From a virus (lineage: Duplodnaviria > Caudoviricetes), in IMG/VR virus record IMGVR_UViG_3300027639_000001, positions 1 through 59,148 of that record: a DNA stretch of 59,148 bases; one strand, given 5' to 3'. Below, piece by piece: positions 47,501 to 57,522 of the stretch (the first letter of the stretch is position 1; every line of letters starts with the position of its first letter). The notes under the pieces are model-generated. The model was given only the letters and a program-made list of their open reading frames with translations, was not told the DNA's origin and ran no database searches. The translations under genes and the position numbers were made by a program.

Positions 47501-47758
47501 CTAGAAATTGGTGGAATGATCAAGTATGATAATACCTTGGCTAATTTACACAAGGATGAGACTGTTTTAACAGCTCCATTGTCTGCTAAGCTTGAGCGCG
47601 GCATTGATAATCTTGACAAAGGAATGCCAAATCAGTATTATATAGATATCAATATAGAAGGAACCAGCGTTTCCAAAGAAGAAATAACAGAATCTGTTAT
47701 GTCTGCGATTGAACAAGCAAATAAGAATAAGGACAAGAGATTGGGGAAGATTAGATAA
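41558..47758 (+). CDS. tape measure protein with C-terminal lytic transglycosylase-like and M23 peptidase domains
   Basis: >2000 aa helical; QES.LRNL.YGDRDS.GLFQQR; HDGID...HLHF; frame open from ATA 41558 (first TTG at 41648). Confidence 0.9.
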   Translation: MEQITISFQGEADFKKVQAELTALNRSIGDLGRGIETLNSKTLSSKMARDIQAIAQPKFDWDMGLRQADQMAKLIQKNKVGISEFFGQWRKMGDMAVQQARLQNSLSKNLGNGAMQITVPTASSVKEFTSSMELANREMSLHGELLKSTGTQIQNWGKNTQWAGRQLMVGFTIPFAAAAAAAGVYAYTVDKELTRIEKVYDGTTEGLRKMSMETAKMVTQTMGQPVKETLDVMGQLAAVGKQGVDLQRSTAEVQRLTTLGEMDRMDSLKAVISLQSTFKMSTQETTEAINYMNAVENATSLSMQDFAEAIPRAAAPVAELGGSIKELGTILVAMKERGVDAAEGSNAIKTVMNRLLNPAKETEQLFQQLTGKSLKDFITTTKGQLMPTMMGLSKIIQESNLSVAEQQQLIGQLAGSYQMTRMTSILQGLADTGGQVGRAMEVAKQGAGDLANVAGNELQKQVGSLSGQFNIALEGFKSEFQEFGEIALKVATLILKSGEAVLSFVNNMPDWVKSGIVILGAFTAIAGPLVMIAGLIGNLIGTGAKLVGSFMRLAGGYKSMTIEQKAAQMASGTYNKMLLTEADSVQILIFQLEKLQAAYKATSMAATAPGNNLNQINGMAIGRTKDGSMYINDPKIGPRALNASEKSAYNEQVAIAATAREQAKVTDETKKSATAQRAFTGESLLAVSAVSGIASMAMGANSSFAEWLNYISLASVALYALMPILGKIGTAIKANAAAQSLMGIGGGGLAAKGAGMLSGIGSFLMNPATLLVGAGVATAYGIYSLVTAESREQLANMEAVKNSTDLWSKSLGFVKQEMGQIKTASGEVKDTVDSIAQKMREENSPLVQEVRKLSDGKLYDRIRTELYKLQGQGLPQDQITQGLDALLRAAGKKKEEIDKIMGQIKFDFDFTGSKKDLDKFLSDVRRRTFDSTIAGGAFQGDPGFFGKLSQVTDQGAAGIKETAKTLWDRMVNLDPSQRAYLLNNITTQMSDIQKQTADRINQKFKGTVGFNSGPAYNWEQLMQKYTTFSDKYGVFSAKTDDAFSKEIALAANSMRSFTTEVANLAGVSPDVSKKFKTFSDLLPHLNQGTMSGEQAIKQYGEALSAAEKDGKKLTDEQKLQLATIYALAGGLDAAKLATGEYTRKQTDLGAETQANATKLQAFLTTLKNVNSEQGKFFDAKTSGNQGFVNLGEDVQKQAQTLANSTKQIYSGASSTIMDALASQSERQFQARLDSISAAYDRKKSALDRESKALDKSWDARMKDSKRGFDETKKQIEKNSEAEIKAIDGQIKALQDKKEKEQEIEEQRQAQFEAEQRRIERLNEIANRNIDFNRAMAEGNLDEAARIQNNMAGVQSGWGSEDDARKSQFAANQRSKEIDQQITELNERKQIINEAKAAKLEALAAEEEAVTESLQRQREMEKEALQERMDNLQKEQKAKEDTERRKQEIQKKSLEIELATLREFVPQNEAELWSHIGRVQDAYGRHGIQLTIKGGEWGQIIGNALQSNVDRARINMSNDAAWASFGAAVAGAISNGAFGLSLGDFFNMLVTGNPPSGWKPPGASKPYQGQRGDMQYAFHTGGYIGRDTGGRLGRTGGLYDDEVPAILQKGEYVLNKDAVSKYGTDWVDQINSGKVGIGGGDPGVAMAGMFGGVIGTMMRGLIGATFLGAQEQSATNGGLSVLNMAQKAGVYGGVKLSDEQLRNANIIANVGKSMGASTRDIIISLMTAMQESTLRNLNYGDRDSVGLFQQRTSQGWGSIAQIMNPEYAAMKFFQGLLRIKNRDSMSPTLAAQAVQRSAFPYAYAKWQPMAEALAGAGIGSANFSRAMSGLPGFGMFARLMSGNSSGSIIGSGTGKYAKPTSGRVTSEYGNRRNPISGRNELHDGIDIGAPSGTPIYATDSGTVVSAGMNSGGFGNWTILDHGGIKSGYAHQSRIVVSPGQRVNKGQLIGYVGSTGYSTGPHLHFQMGGGPRNWQNPRTFIPGLEIGGMIKYDNTLANLHKDETVLTAPLSAKLERGIDNLDKGMPNQYYIDINIEGTSVSKEEITESVMSAIEQANKNKDKRLGKIR

Positions 47759-48165
47759 TGGGAATAATTAGATTGCCTATAGACTGCATTGTCAGTTTTG
47801 GCGGAATGAGAGTTACAGACCATAAAAGATCTCCATTATCTATGAGTACATCCAAAATTGAAAATAAAAAACGTATGGCGGATGGAACCCTAAGAAGATT
47901 TGTTGTTGCAGAAAAAAGAAAATTTAGAGTTTCTTGGGAAGATCTTCCAAATGAAGATTCGAAAACAGTTGACGGATATGCCGGGGTAATTTCTATATAT
48001 GAATTCTATAAAGATAATCAAGGGAGCTTTATAATGACTATCACTTATGGTGATAAATCAACAGAAGATGTACTTGTAATGTTTGAAGACTTTAACTATA
48101 AGTTAAAGAAAAGGGGATCATATACAGACTTATATGATCTAGACATTTCATTGGATGAGGTATAA
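47758..48165 (+). CDS. distal tail-like minor tail protein
   Basis: RMADGTLR, SW..LP; directly after the tape measure gene. Confidence 0.65.
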   Translation: MGIIRLPIDCIVSFGGMRVTDHKRSPLSMSTSKIENKKRMADGTLRRFVVAEKRKFRVSWEDLPNEDSKTVDGYAGVISIYEFYKDNQGSFIMTITYGDKSTEDVLVMFEDFNYKLKKRGSYTDLYDLDISLDEV

Positions 48166-51100
48166 TGCAGTCTATACCTACAGAATATTTAACTGCAATC
48201 CGTCGAGGACATGATATAAAGGGTAAACCTTTAGTTATTGCTGAGTGGAACTTTAATCATTTAAAAACAACAGAAGTCAATGAATTGGACTCTGATAATA
48301 CCGCATGGCCATATAACAAACAATATTTTCCAATTGGTGCTATAACAGATAGAATTAGGCCAAAATCTGGAATATTTTATGCATTCGCAGATAACGAATC
48401 ATACACTATGACGAATACAGGCGCGGGGCTCTCCTCAGAAAGATTTTATACTATCGAGACAGACAGCAAATTTAAATACTATATGTCCCCATTACAATCA
48501 GAAACTTATGACATCAATATCTCTGATCCAGCAGGACCAATTGGTGAATTTAAATTAGACAAATTTAAAGTTAAGGTTGATTATGAATCTTTTGTCAAAT
48601 CCAATAAAATTAGAATTGGATTTAATTTGGGAACTATACCTAAAGATTGGTCTATCGAAGTGTTCGAAAAGAACGCTAATGCTTGGGTAGAAATAGCGGA
48701 CCGACCAGATGTCGACGCTGCTACAGGCTTATGTGAAATTTGGTGGAATGGTTCGGCTTGGGTAGATATTCAACAGCTTGATGAATCTATTTATCAAGAA
48801 ATTAAGGGTGTAAGAATACATATTCGAACTGTTGCCGACGCCGATTCTAGAATTCAGTTGCTAGAAATCGCGGCTATGCGTGAACTAGATCTTACTTACA
48901 GAGTTTCAGAATATAGTATTGACATGAGCATGGATGAGGAAGATTTTATTTATCCAGTTGGACAAATTAGTTCAAATAGTGCATCCATTGTTATCAATGA
49001 CTATGATCTAAAAATAAGCAATAAAGATCCAGCATCAGATTTCTTTGGATTATTAAATGTTTGGTGTCAATTTAGACTTTATGTAGATTATGACCTTTCG
49101 GATTATTCCGGCGCAGCTAGCTACAAGGCTAGAGTTGCAACCATGTATACATCTGAATGGCAACAAACAAACGAATATGAATACACGCTTGAAGTATTTG
49201 ATGTATTAAAGATACTTCAAGATTTATATTGTCCAGCAATGCTTGTAGAAAATGAATCTATTGCCAGAACAATGTCAACCATATTGGATCAGGTTGCTGT
49301 AGATTCTTATAGTTTTCAATCCGAGGATTTCGATACAACAGCAACAGTAAAATACTTCTGGACAAATGGAGAAGAGACTGTATATGAGGCTTTTCAAAAA
49401 TTATGTGAATCTCATCAGTGTGCAATTTTTTGTGATGAATTTGGAGTTATTCAACTAGTTACCCGCTCTGAAATAGCAAATGAGACGGATACTCCAGTAT
49501 GGACATTTTTGGCAGAAGAAGATGGGTTAGATATCCCCGACATTGCTACCTTTGATAGAAAATATGAATTGATTGCCAATGATGTAACTATTAAATACAA
49601 AAAGATGCAAGCAAAAGTCGATGAATTAGATTTAACCAATCAGCCATTGACATCAGTTGTGTGGGAACCGGATGACACCGTAACTCTTCGTGCATCAGCA
49701 CTACAAAGGGAAATAACTTCTTCAGGAGTTTCATATCCACATCCAACTCTTGGTACACCTGTTAATAACAGCATTTGGATTGATCCAGCTGAGGCTGCAA
49801 CCTGGCAATATAAGGGATCAGCAAATATTGATGGAGAGGTCTTTGAGTATAACGGAAAAGGATACTTTCAATGGGACTTTACTGCCGGGACTAAAACCGA
49901 GGTTATCATTTACAATGATGATGAAAAGCGCAAAAAGGATCTAGAAACTTGGAATAGCTTTACTGGTGGTGGAATTGATCCAACAAGACAAAATCATTTT
50001 ACTGGTAGATTAGTTACAACAAAAAGAAATGTAGACGGTCGCGGAGAACTATTCCATTCACCTCGCATTGCTGATGGATGGTATTTAATGCATATGTGGA
50101 TGGCAGGTGCAGGTTCAGCATATTGGCCAGGTAAATATTTCGAATGGGGTGGTCAATTCGTCCCGGGCGATTGGAGAACAAAAACAAATTGGGTTGAAGC
50201 TCAATACAAATGGAGTTGGAAAGACTCAATTTTAACCTGTGATCATGTAAAAACAGGTGGCTCAAATCCAGATGTATGTGCTGTTATTCTGAGAGAATTT
50301 GATACAACAGAAATGAGAGAGTTCGGAACAAGGATCAGATTTACTCCAGGATGGGGCCACGCCGGTATCGTTTTAAATATATCTGATGCAGATGGGTTTG
50401 TTTATGATGATCAGGGTCCAGATCACCCAATGGATGCACATAGATTCTATCAAGTTAGTTTACTATCTACTGAAGCGACAGATAAGCTTGGCCGTGGATG
50501 GCAAGACGAAATATTTTGTGAAGTAAAAAATGGAAATACATACAAGCCCATGAAATCTTTTAACGGTGGCTTACGTGGTATCAAATGGCAACTAGACAAC
50601 AATAAGTGGTATGATTTAGATATTACTTATAGCGAAGATACATGGATTAATGGAGAGCACTGTTCGGCTATTGAAGTATTTATTGATGGTCAACTAGTAG
50701 ACACTTTTTATACAACAGATAGAATTAGAGCTACTAATTGGGGTGGACTTTTTGTCCGTGGTGCCAGCAAGGTAGATTTTGATTATTTTTATGCAACCAA
50801 TAACATTGATAGTAGATACCACTATGACGATGAGAAATTTGATATGAATGTTGTTCAATTAGAGCCGGGAACGAATCTTAAAAAGATAATTAATTTTCCT
50901 ATGCAAGATGGTTGGCTAGGAACTGGTGCACTTAGCCTAGTAACACATACTACAAATGCAACCATTCATTCATTAAAGCTAATTCATGATCCTGGCATTA
51001 ATATACCAAAGAGTGTTAAAAATCTTGGAACGTTTACACTGACTCCAAAATCCAGACGTGTTTGGGAATTGTCAGAAACAATGGATTATGCCTCTATGAT

Positions 51101-51926
51101 AGAGATAAATTACACCTCTACAAATAATTTATCTTTATGTTATGAATTTACTCAGGTGCCAAATATGGCATATGGAGAGGGTTCATATAACGCACCAAAT
51201 GATTTTTCTATCTATGACATCAGCAAGGGCGGATACATTTCAAACAAATTGGGGGCAACTATATTAATGTCCCCAGACGGATTGCCAGCCAATAACTGGG
51301 GATTTGATGAGTTTGGAAACGCTAAGCAAAGAAACTATTTTTATGAAGAATTCGGTGCAATTGCACATGAAATTAGAACATTTGAAGTAGATCTAGATAA
51401 ACAGCCAGCAAAATCAATTAATATTTTTCTTAGTAATGATAAGATTAGATTGGTTGATCAGAAGTATCATCCAACCAAAGGTGTTTTTACTTTAGCAAAT
51501 GCTTCTAGAAAAACTGAAATAGTTAATGGGACAGAGGAAATTACTGAATCCCAAAGCATTGATCATTCGCTAATGCTTTATGGATATGTTTTAGAAGAAA
51601 AGGGCGAAGGACAAAAGAATGTCAAGGATGAAATTTCTGTCAGACGATATGGTCCAATTAAAATGACTTTAGAGGCAGAATGGATTCATACAGAAGAAGA
51701 AGCGGAAGAATTATCAAAATGGATAGTTGAACATTGGGCAGATCCAATGGACGCTGTAGAAATTGAAGTGTTTTCTAACACCTTTACCCAAATTGGCGAT
51801 AAAGTTAATATTAAATTTTCTCAGGCGGGTGTAGAAGAGGCTTGGCTATTTATTGTTACAAGACTTCAAAGGGACTTTGATAACGATGGATTTTCTTGTA
51901 AAATGTCGCTTCGTAGAGTACGCTAA
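48165..51926 (+). CDS. large minor tail / baseplate hub protein
   Basis: 1253 aa; DEFG, GD.V.I end motif; position. Confidence 0.7.
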   Translation: MQSIPTEYLTAIRRGHDIKGKPLVIAEWNFNHLKTTEVNELDSDNTAWPYNKQYFPIGAITDRIRPKSGIFYAFADNESYTMTNTGAGLSSERFYTIETDSKFKYYMSPLQSETYDINISDPAGPIGEFKLDKFKVKVDYESFVKSNKIRIGFNLGTIPKDWSIEVFEKNANAWVEIADRPDVDAATGLCEIWWNGSAWVDIQQLDESIYQEIKGVRIHIRTVADADSRIQLLEIAAMRELDLTYRVSEYSIDMSMDEEDFIYPVGQISSNSASIVINDYDLKISNKDPASDFFGLLNVWCQFRLYVDYDLSDYSGAASYKARVATMYTSEWQQTNEYEYTLEVFDVLKILQDLYCPAMLVENESIARTMSTILDQVAVDSYSFQSEDFDTTATVKYFWTNGEETVYEAFQKLCESHQCAIFCDEFGVIQLVTRSEIANETDTPVWTFLAEEDGLDIPDIATFDRKYELIANDVTIKYKKMQAKVDELDLTNQPLTSVVWEPDDTVTLRASALQREITSSGVSYPHPTLGTPVNNSIWIDPAEAATWQYKGSANIDGEVFEYNGKGYFQWDFTAGTKTEVIIYNDDEKRKKDLETWNSFTGGGIDPTRQNHFTGRLVTTKRNVDGRGELFHSPRIADGWYLMHMWMAGAGSAYWPGKYFEWGGQFVPGDWRTKTNWVEAQYKWSWKDSILTCDHVKTGGSNPDVCAVILREFDTTEMREFGTRIRFTPGWGHAGIVLNISDADGFVYDDQGPDHPMDAHRFYQVSLLSTEATDKLGRGWQDEIFCEVKNGNTYKPMKSFNGGLRGIKWQLDNNKWYDLDITYSEDTWINGEHCSAIEVFIDGQLVDTFYTTDRIRATNWGGLFVRGASKVDFDYFYATNNIDSRYHYDDEKFDMNVVQLEPGTNLKKIINFPMQDGWLGTGALSLVTHTTNATIHSLKLIHDPGINIPKSVKNLGTFTLTPKSRRVWELSETMDYASMIEINYTSTNNLSLCYEFTQVPNMAYGEGSYNAPNDFSIYDISKGGYISNKLGATILMSPDGLPANNWGFDEFGNAKQRNYFYEEFGAIAHEIRTFEVDLDKQPAKSINIFLSNDKIRLVDQKYHPTKGVFTLANASRKTEIVNGTEEITESQSIDHSLMLYGYVLEEKGEGQKNVKDEISVRRYGPIKMTLEAEWIHTEEEAEELSKWIVEHWADPMDAVEIEVFSNTFTQIGDKVNIKFSQAGVEEAWLFIVTRLQRDFDNDGFSCKMSLRRVR

Positions 51927-51927
51927 C

Positions 51928-51955
51928 TTGACCAAAAAAATCTAGATGGTATAAT
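51928..51955 (+). promoter_or_regulatory. promoter
   Basis: TTGACC-16 bp-TATAAT with extended TG; ATG 7 nt downstream (possibly leaderless). Confidence 0.6.
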
Positions 51956-51962
51956 AAGTTTA

Positions 51963-52301
51963 ATGACACAAATCAAATCAAATGATATTATTCAAGAAGA
52001 AAGTAAAAGAGTAAACCCGATTAATCCACTTCCCCGCGATTTGGCACAGTCGGGTATTACCGATGGCAATAGTCCAGCACCCACTATAAAAACAGAAGCT
52101 AAAATAGAGGAAAGTGCAGCTCCAAACCAGATAGATCCTGCTCGTATTCCAGAAGCACCAGCGGTATTGTCAGTCAAAAGCCAAACTGTCAGGTTTACCT
52201 CCGATGGAACTTCAGTAATTGATTTGGTTTTAGTTGTTCAAGACGTCGCGGATGCAGTAGAATATGATGTGAGGGTGACTAAAGATGCAGGGTCAGTATA
52301 A
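51963..52301 (+). CDS. hypothetical tail-region protein
   Basis: ORF in tail module. Confidence 0.6.
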   Translation: MTQIKSNDIIQEESKRVNPINPLPRDLAQSGITDGNSPAPTIKTEAKIEESAAPNQIDPARIPEAPAVLSVKSQTVRFTSDGTSVIDLVLVVQDVADAVEYDVRVTKDAGSV

Positions 52302-53169
52302 AATATTTGTAGATGGAGAGTTATTATATATAAAAAATATAATAACCGCTGAAGGTAGATTGGCTGCGATTAATGCTATTGCAGGTAAAAGAACTGGATT
52401 TGCAGAATCTATTGTCGTTGGCATTGGATCAACTGCTGCAACAGCTGATGATAAAACCTTAGAATTTCTTGTTGCTGGCTCTTCAATATCAACAATAATT
52501 ACTGATCCAGTTAATGAAAGAATATACTTTAAGTCTGTCCTACCAGCCGGTGACCAATATAAAATTTATGAATTAGGATGTTATTCATCTGGAATTAATG
52601 CTGCCCTTCAAACAGGGGTCTCTACAGGCGTATTGTTAAATAACTTTAACGGGGCAACAACTTGGACAGATGTTTCTGGCACACACACATTATCTGCTGT
52701 AAACTCACGATTAGATTCGGACTCCATCGAGTATGCAATTACTGCTTCGGGAACTGTCAAAGGTTATGCAACATCAGCTATTGATCTATCATCTTTACCC
52801 GATAGCACAGAATTTTCATTGGCATATTATGTTAATAATTTAGCAGATTTAATTATTAGATTTAAAACTGACGATACAAATTATTACTCATATAATGGAT
52901 TAGTTGTTTCTAATGGATATAAAATAGATAAATTTTTAAAGTCAGACTTTTCTGCTACCGGATCTCCAAATTGGGCCAGCATTGTAGCTATAGAAATTGA
53001 AGCTACTGCCACAGGTAGCCCAGGAACAATATCATTAGACGGATTAAGATATGATATTGTTCAGGCAGCTGGATCAGGGTTAGTTTCTAGAGCAGTATTG
53101 AGTTCTCCTATGGAAAAGCTTAGTGGAATTACTATGGATATAGAATATGTATTGGAGCTTGACATTTAA
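52285..53169 (+). CDS. minor tail protein
   Basis: N.IT..G, VGIG...A...D..L, I.ELG, IEY.L. Confidence 0.7.
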   Translation: MQGQYKIFVDGELLYIKNIITAEGRLAAINAIAGKRTGFAESIVVGIGSTAATADDKTLEFLVAGSSISTIITDPVNERIYFKSVLPAGDQYKIYELGCYSSGINAALQTGVSTGVLLNNFNGATTWTDVSGTHTLSAVNSRLDSDSIEYAITASGTVKGYATSAIDLSSLPDSTEFSLAYYVNNLADLIIRFKTDDTNYYSYNGLVVSNGYKIDKFLKSDFSATGSPNWASIVAIEIEATATGSPGTISLDGLRYDIVQAAGSGLVSRAVLSSPMEKLSGITMDIEYVLELDI

Positions 53170-56100
53170 TGCCAGAAATATTAATGAGGGATTTGAGTCC
53201 TGGACAAAATTACGTCTTTCAGGTTAGAGCAAAAGATAGAGATGGAGATTTTTCATCATGGTCAACTGTATTTAAAGTAAATACAGTTAGTGATACAATT
53301 GCACCTAGCCCAGTAACAGGATTGTCTTGGACAGTAGTTGGATCATCCTTTGTTGCCACTTGGACAAAACCGACTACAGATTCTAATGGCAATACATTAA
53401 AAGACTTTAAGGATTATCAAGTAACTGTAACAGTCGGTGGAACAAGCAAGGTTTATTACGTTGCTCAAGAACGCTTCGATTTCTCTTTTGATGCAAATGT
53501 TGGTGTCTTTGGCTTACCAGAACCAGCTGTTGATATTTCAGTTAAAGTAAGAGATCTTGTTGGTAATCTGTCAACAGCAGCAACTGCATCAGCAACGAAT
53601 CCGGTGCCAAATAATATTGTCAATTTGACTGTTAGTGATGCACCAGATTCTATTGCTGTTAATTGGGACGCGGCAACAGATGATGATTTAAAAACTTATG
53701 AAGTTTACTTATCATTAACTGATCCATTTACTCCAGATTCAACAAATATAGTTTATTCTGGATTGGCCACTAATTTTATTTATAGTAGTACAAATTCTAC
53801 TATACATTATGTTAAGGTCCGTTCCGTTGATGTATTTGGCCAGGGCTCAAGCTATGCTTCTGGATCAGCAACTCCTAAATTAACTTCTACAGTAGATACT
53901 GATCCACCAGGAACTATTTCAACTGTTACTGTGACAACAGGCGCAACACCAGTTGACTCATATATTGATGTTGTTTGGTCACCTGTAGCTGATACAGATT
54001 TACAAGATTATATTATTAGATATAGTACAGATGAGCTTTCATGGCAATATATTAATGTGCCCGCTGATCAAACAGAGGTAAGAATTTCAAGACTTCTACC
54101 AGATGAAGACTACTTTGTTTCGGTTAAAGCTGTAGATTTTTCTGGTAATGCTAGCGGTTGGACAAACGCTAGCACATATCCAATTACTACAGCGAAAGAT
54201 ACAACACCACCTTCAAAACCGGCGGTACCAACTATTGCAACTGGACCGTTAAGTATTCAATTCAGTCATGATGGTACTAAGGATGGTGGAGGAAATCTAG
54301 AATCTGATGTTGAATACTTTGAAATTCATGCTAGCACTACAAATGGATTTACACCAAGTTCATCAACACTAATTTCTACAGCTCCATTTGCAGGCCCAGG
54401 CCTTCCTATTGTTGAAAAAATAGTTATTCCCATGCCAGACTCTGTTGCAAATGCCTATTGGAAGATTATTGCAGTTGACACAGCAGGAAACAAATCAACA
54501 GCATCCAATCAAGTTTCAGCTTTGCCGGGTCTGATTGAAAATGCCTACATACAAAATGCTACTATTACTGACGCTAAGATACAAACACTAAGTGCTGCAA
54601 AGCTTATAGCGGGAACAGCCTTTATTAATGATTTATATATAAGATCAACATTAACAATCGATGATTCAGATGGAGTTATTCAATCGTCAGACTACAGTGT
54701 CCCACTGCAAACGGGATGGAAGTTGGATGAAAATGGATTATTTATTTATGATGGTGTAGTTGCTGCAAAAGCATTGCTTGTTCAAGACTCAAATAATCTT
54801 ATTCCTCTAATGTTTGCTGACTTTGAATGGAGTCAAGATTATTATCATGATGAAAATGATCTAGTTAATACTGATTTTATGGAAGCATCTTTGCAGATGA
54901 GAGTTAATCAAACTACTATGATTGGTGGTAGTCGATTTGGCGATAAGGCACTAAGATTGTATGATGTTGGAACAGCTGTAGAAAATTACTTAGATTTCGC
55001 TGTTGGCGGGTTTGGTTCAGGATTCAATATTGATATTGAAGGTAATCAAACTTATATCATCTCAATGTACATCAAAAATAATCTTGGGATTCTAACATCT
55101 ATTAATGTCGGCTTTGACCATGACGTTCCTGGGGAAATTGAAGATTCTATTGATATTGATGCTGGAACAGATTGGAATAGATATTATGTTATTGTCACAG
55201 TTCCATCTGGTGCAACAAAAGGTAAAATCTATATAGAAATTCCGTTGGGAACAGAATTTGATTTCTATATTGACGGATTAATGGTGGAAAGACAAATTGC
55301 CGGTATTGAAGAGCCTTCACCATGGACACCACCATCATCTACTATTATTGATGGTGGATCAATTGTCACTGGCGTAATTAAATCATCCGCACCAGCTGTA
55401 TCTGCACCAGATCAACCAGCATGGTCATTAGATGCTGAGGGAAATGCTCAATTTGGTGATGTTCTAGTTCGTGGTGAGATGGTCGTCGGAGCTGGAGGAG
55501 ACCTTGCAAATTCAACTGTTAGTTCAGCAAATTATGTTGCCAATACATCAGGATGGATTATTAAAGGTGATGGAACCGTAGAATTTAATGATGGAATTTT
55601 CCGAGGAGGATTGTTTCTTCAAGAGACTATTGAGGGAGAAGATTATTCAATTAACATTGATAATGCTATTTCTTCATTCCGGTTCAGTGGATCACCAACC
55701 TATGATGATGTATTTGATGATGGCATTGCATTAACAAACGTTATTGATGGTAACAGCCCGGTTATTCATATGAAGGGTTGGTCATTCTCATATGATGATG
55801 GATTATTTATTGCGTCAACTCCAGTACAGGCAGTGACAAGAATTACTCCCCAAGGGCATTTACAGCTTTTACACGATTCTTCACATGGAACTGAAATCTT
55901 TGATTTAGATGGAAACTATACATCTAGCGCAGATCCAGATAAAGAAATTAATGATACCTATGGATTTTCTACAGTGTATTTGGGTGCCAATGCGGATAGA
56001 GGTATTGAGAATGCAACAAATAATGCATATGATAATAAACACTTTTTGGAAAATAAAACAAGAGGAGCTTTATATAATGATTCTGTTGGTGCAACAGAGC

Positions 56101-57515
56101 CAAGAGTTGTAGCAAAAACAAATGAAATTTCAAAAACATCTGTTCCGTGGGCGTATGGATATAATCCAGTGTCTAGTATTAAAAAAGAGGTAATTACAAG
56201 AAATTACTTCAAGTCGAATAACAAGATTAATGACACTTGGGATATTTTCGATAACGCTGGTGGTATTTCGTATTACAATACAAATACAACAAGAAATAGA
56301 ATTTCTCTTATTTCTATTGATAATAATATGTGGGCAGCAGGATATACAAATCTTAAGTCACTAAATATGTCTTTTGTGACTGCTGGTACCGGAAACCCTA
56401 TTATTTATTTAGGTCCAACAGATACAACTTATAATCATACTGTTACTCCAGGACATTATTTACATCTGAGTGCTTGGTTTGCAACAGCAAATAATACTAT
56501 TCAAGTGCGAGCAAGAATTAAATTTAGTAATGGGACAATCGCATGGGGGCCTTGGGAATACTTAAATAACAATTTTGGTGGTGCTGTAGGCACTCAACCA
56601 GTTGGATTTCCTTATGGGTATTGTTATGCTGCTAATTTTGATACAACGGCGATTGGTCCCGTTCCCGCCGGTGTAACTACATGTTTGGTTGGATTTGAAT
56701 TTACACCAGTAGTATCAACAAGTACCGTATGGATGACAGCAGTACACTTTTCATCATATAACGATAATAATAAATCTGGTGGTGCTTTTGCGGCAGTTGG
56801 AGCTACAGAAAACATTATTTCAAAAGCCGGTATTGAAATCGATACAACTGCTGACCCTGATTCGTATCAAAATGTTTTTGCAGCAGGATCTTTTAATGCG
56901 CCAATCAACGAATCTGATTGGCAGATTGACAAAAGCACCCTAACTGGTATAACATTATATGCTGAGAGAAATAATGTATTAACTAATGAGACCTTCAAGG
57001 TCGACATTAATACAATGGGTCTTGGTTGGGGAACTATTCCTGAATCAAGAAAACAACATGGTGTTTATCTGGTTAATAACTCAAATGTTTCTGTAACTCA
57101 AAGTTCTTCACTAAAAAGACTTGATGTTCCTAATTTAGTAACAGTGAAGCATACAAATAGAAAAACTTATACATCATTATGGAATGAAAATGGATTAGTT
57201 TGGGAAACAGCTGTTTCTGGAACTAATTATACAAGATTGTGGGCTAGACGTAGTGGAATGTATATTATTACTGCGGCTGCAAGAATATCTAACTTTGGAA
57301 CAGGATATACTGCAACATTAGAAATTTGGGACGAAACAAATAACGTATATATAGCTAGATCACCATGGGTTGCAGGACTTTGGGAAAACAGCATTAGTAT
57401 GGTATTTCCAGCAAGCGCTGGAACAGCTTATTATGTAGGAATTACCCCATGGAATCTTGCTGGTACAACACAAAATATTCATGATGTAAGAATAGGATTT
57501 GCACAATTAATTTAG
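53169..57515 (+). CDS. tail fibre / receptor-binding protein with fibronectin type III repeats
   Basis: repeated DT.PP, W, Y.V.V.AVD.SGN.S; ITDAKI..LSA.KL.AG; carbohydrate-binding-like segments. Confidence 0.8.
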   Translation: MPEILMRDLSPGQNYVFQVRAKDRDGDFSSWSTVFKVNTVSDTIAPSPVTGLSWTVVGSSFVATWTKPTTDSNGNTLKDFKDYQVTVTVGGTSKVYYVAQERFDFSFDANVGVFGLPEPAVDISVKVRDLVGNLSTAATASATNPVPNNIVNLTVSDAPDSIAVNWDAATDDDLKTYEVYLSLTDPFTPDSTNIVYSGLATNFIYSSTNSTIHYVKVRSVDVFGQGSSYASGSATPKLTSTVDTDPPGTISTVTVTTGATPVDSYIDVVWSPVADTDLQDYIIRYSTDELSWQYINVPADQTEVRISRLLPDEDYFVSVKAVDFSGNASGWTNASTYPITTAKDTTPPSKPAVPTIATGPLSIQFSHDGTKDGGGNLESDVEYFEIHASTTNGFTPSSSTLISTAPFAGPGLPIVEKIVIPMPDSVANAYWKIIAVDTAGNKSTASNQVSALPGLIENAYIQNATITDAKIQTLSAAKLIAGTAFINDLYIRSTLTIDDSDGVIQSSDYSVPLQTGWKLDENGLFIYDGVVAAKALLVQDSNNLIPLMFADFEWSQDYYHDENDLVNTDFMEASLQMRVNQTTMIGGSRFGDKALRLYDVGTAVENYLDFAVGGFGSGFNIDIEGNQTYIISMYIKNNLGILTSINVGFDHDVPGEIEDSIDIDAGTDWNRYYVIVTVPSGATKGKIYIEIPLGTEFDFYIDGLMVERQIAGIEEPSPWTPPSSTIIDGGSIVTGVIKSSAPAVSAPDQPAWSLDAEGNAQFGDVLVRGEMVVGAGGDLANSTVSSANYVANTSGWIIKGDGTVEFNDGIFRGGLFLQETIEGEDYSINIDNAISSFRFSGSPTYDDVFDDGIALTNVIDGNSPVIHMKGWSFSYDDGLFIASTPVQAVTRITPQGHLQLLHDSSHGTEIFDLDGNYTSSADPDKEINDTYGFSTVYLGANADRGIENATNNAYDNKHFLENKTRGALYNDSVGATEPRVVAKTNEISKTSVPWAYGYNPVSSIKKEVITRNYFKSNNKINDTWDIFDNAGGISYYNTNTTRNRISLISIDNNMWAAGYTNLKSLNMSFVTAGTGNPIIYLGPTDTTYNHTVTPGHYLHLSAWFATANNTIQVRARIKFSNGTIAWGPWEYLNNNFGGAVGTQPVGFPYGYCYAANFDTTAIGPVPAGVTTCLVGFEFTPVVSTSTVWMTAVHFSSYNDNNKSGGAFAAVGATENIISKAGIEIDTTADPDSYQNVFAAGSFNAPINESDWQIDKSTLTGITLYAERNNVLTNETFKVDINTMGLGWGTIPESRKQHGVYLVNNSNVSVTQSSSLKRLDVPNLVTVKHTNRKTYTSLWNENGLVWETAVSGTNYTRLWARRSGMYIITAAARISNFGTGYTATLEIWDETNNVYIARSPWVAGLWENSISMVFPASAGTAYYVGITPWNLAGTTQNIHDVRIGFAQLI

Positions 57516-57522
57516 GAGAAAA

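Noticed and set aside
27104-56815. Numerous short antisense or out-of-frame ORFs within nrdJ and structural genes
   Set aside because: Shadows of long coding frames, with no RBS or motifs
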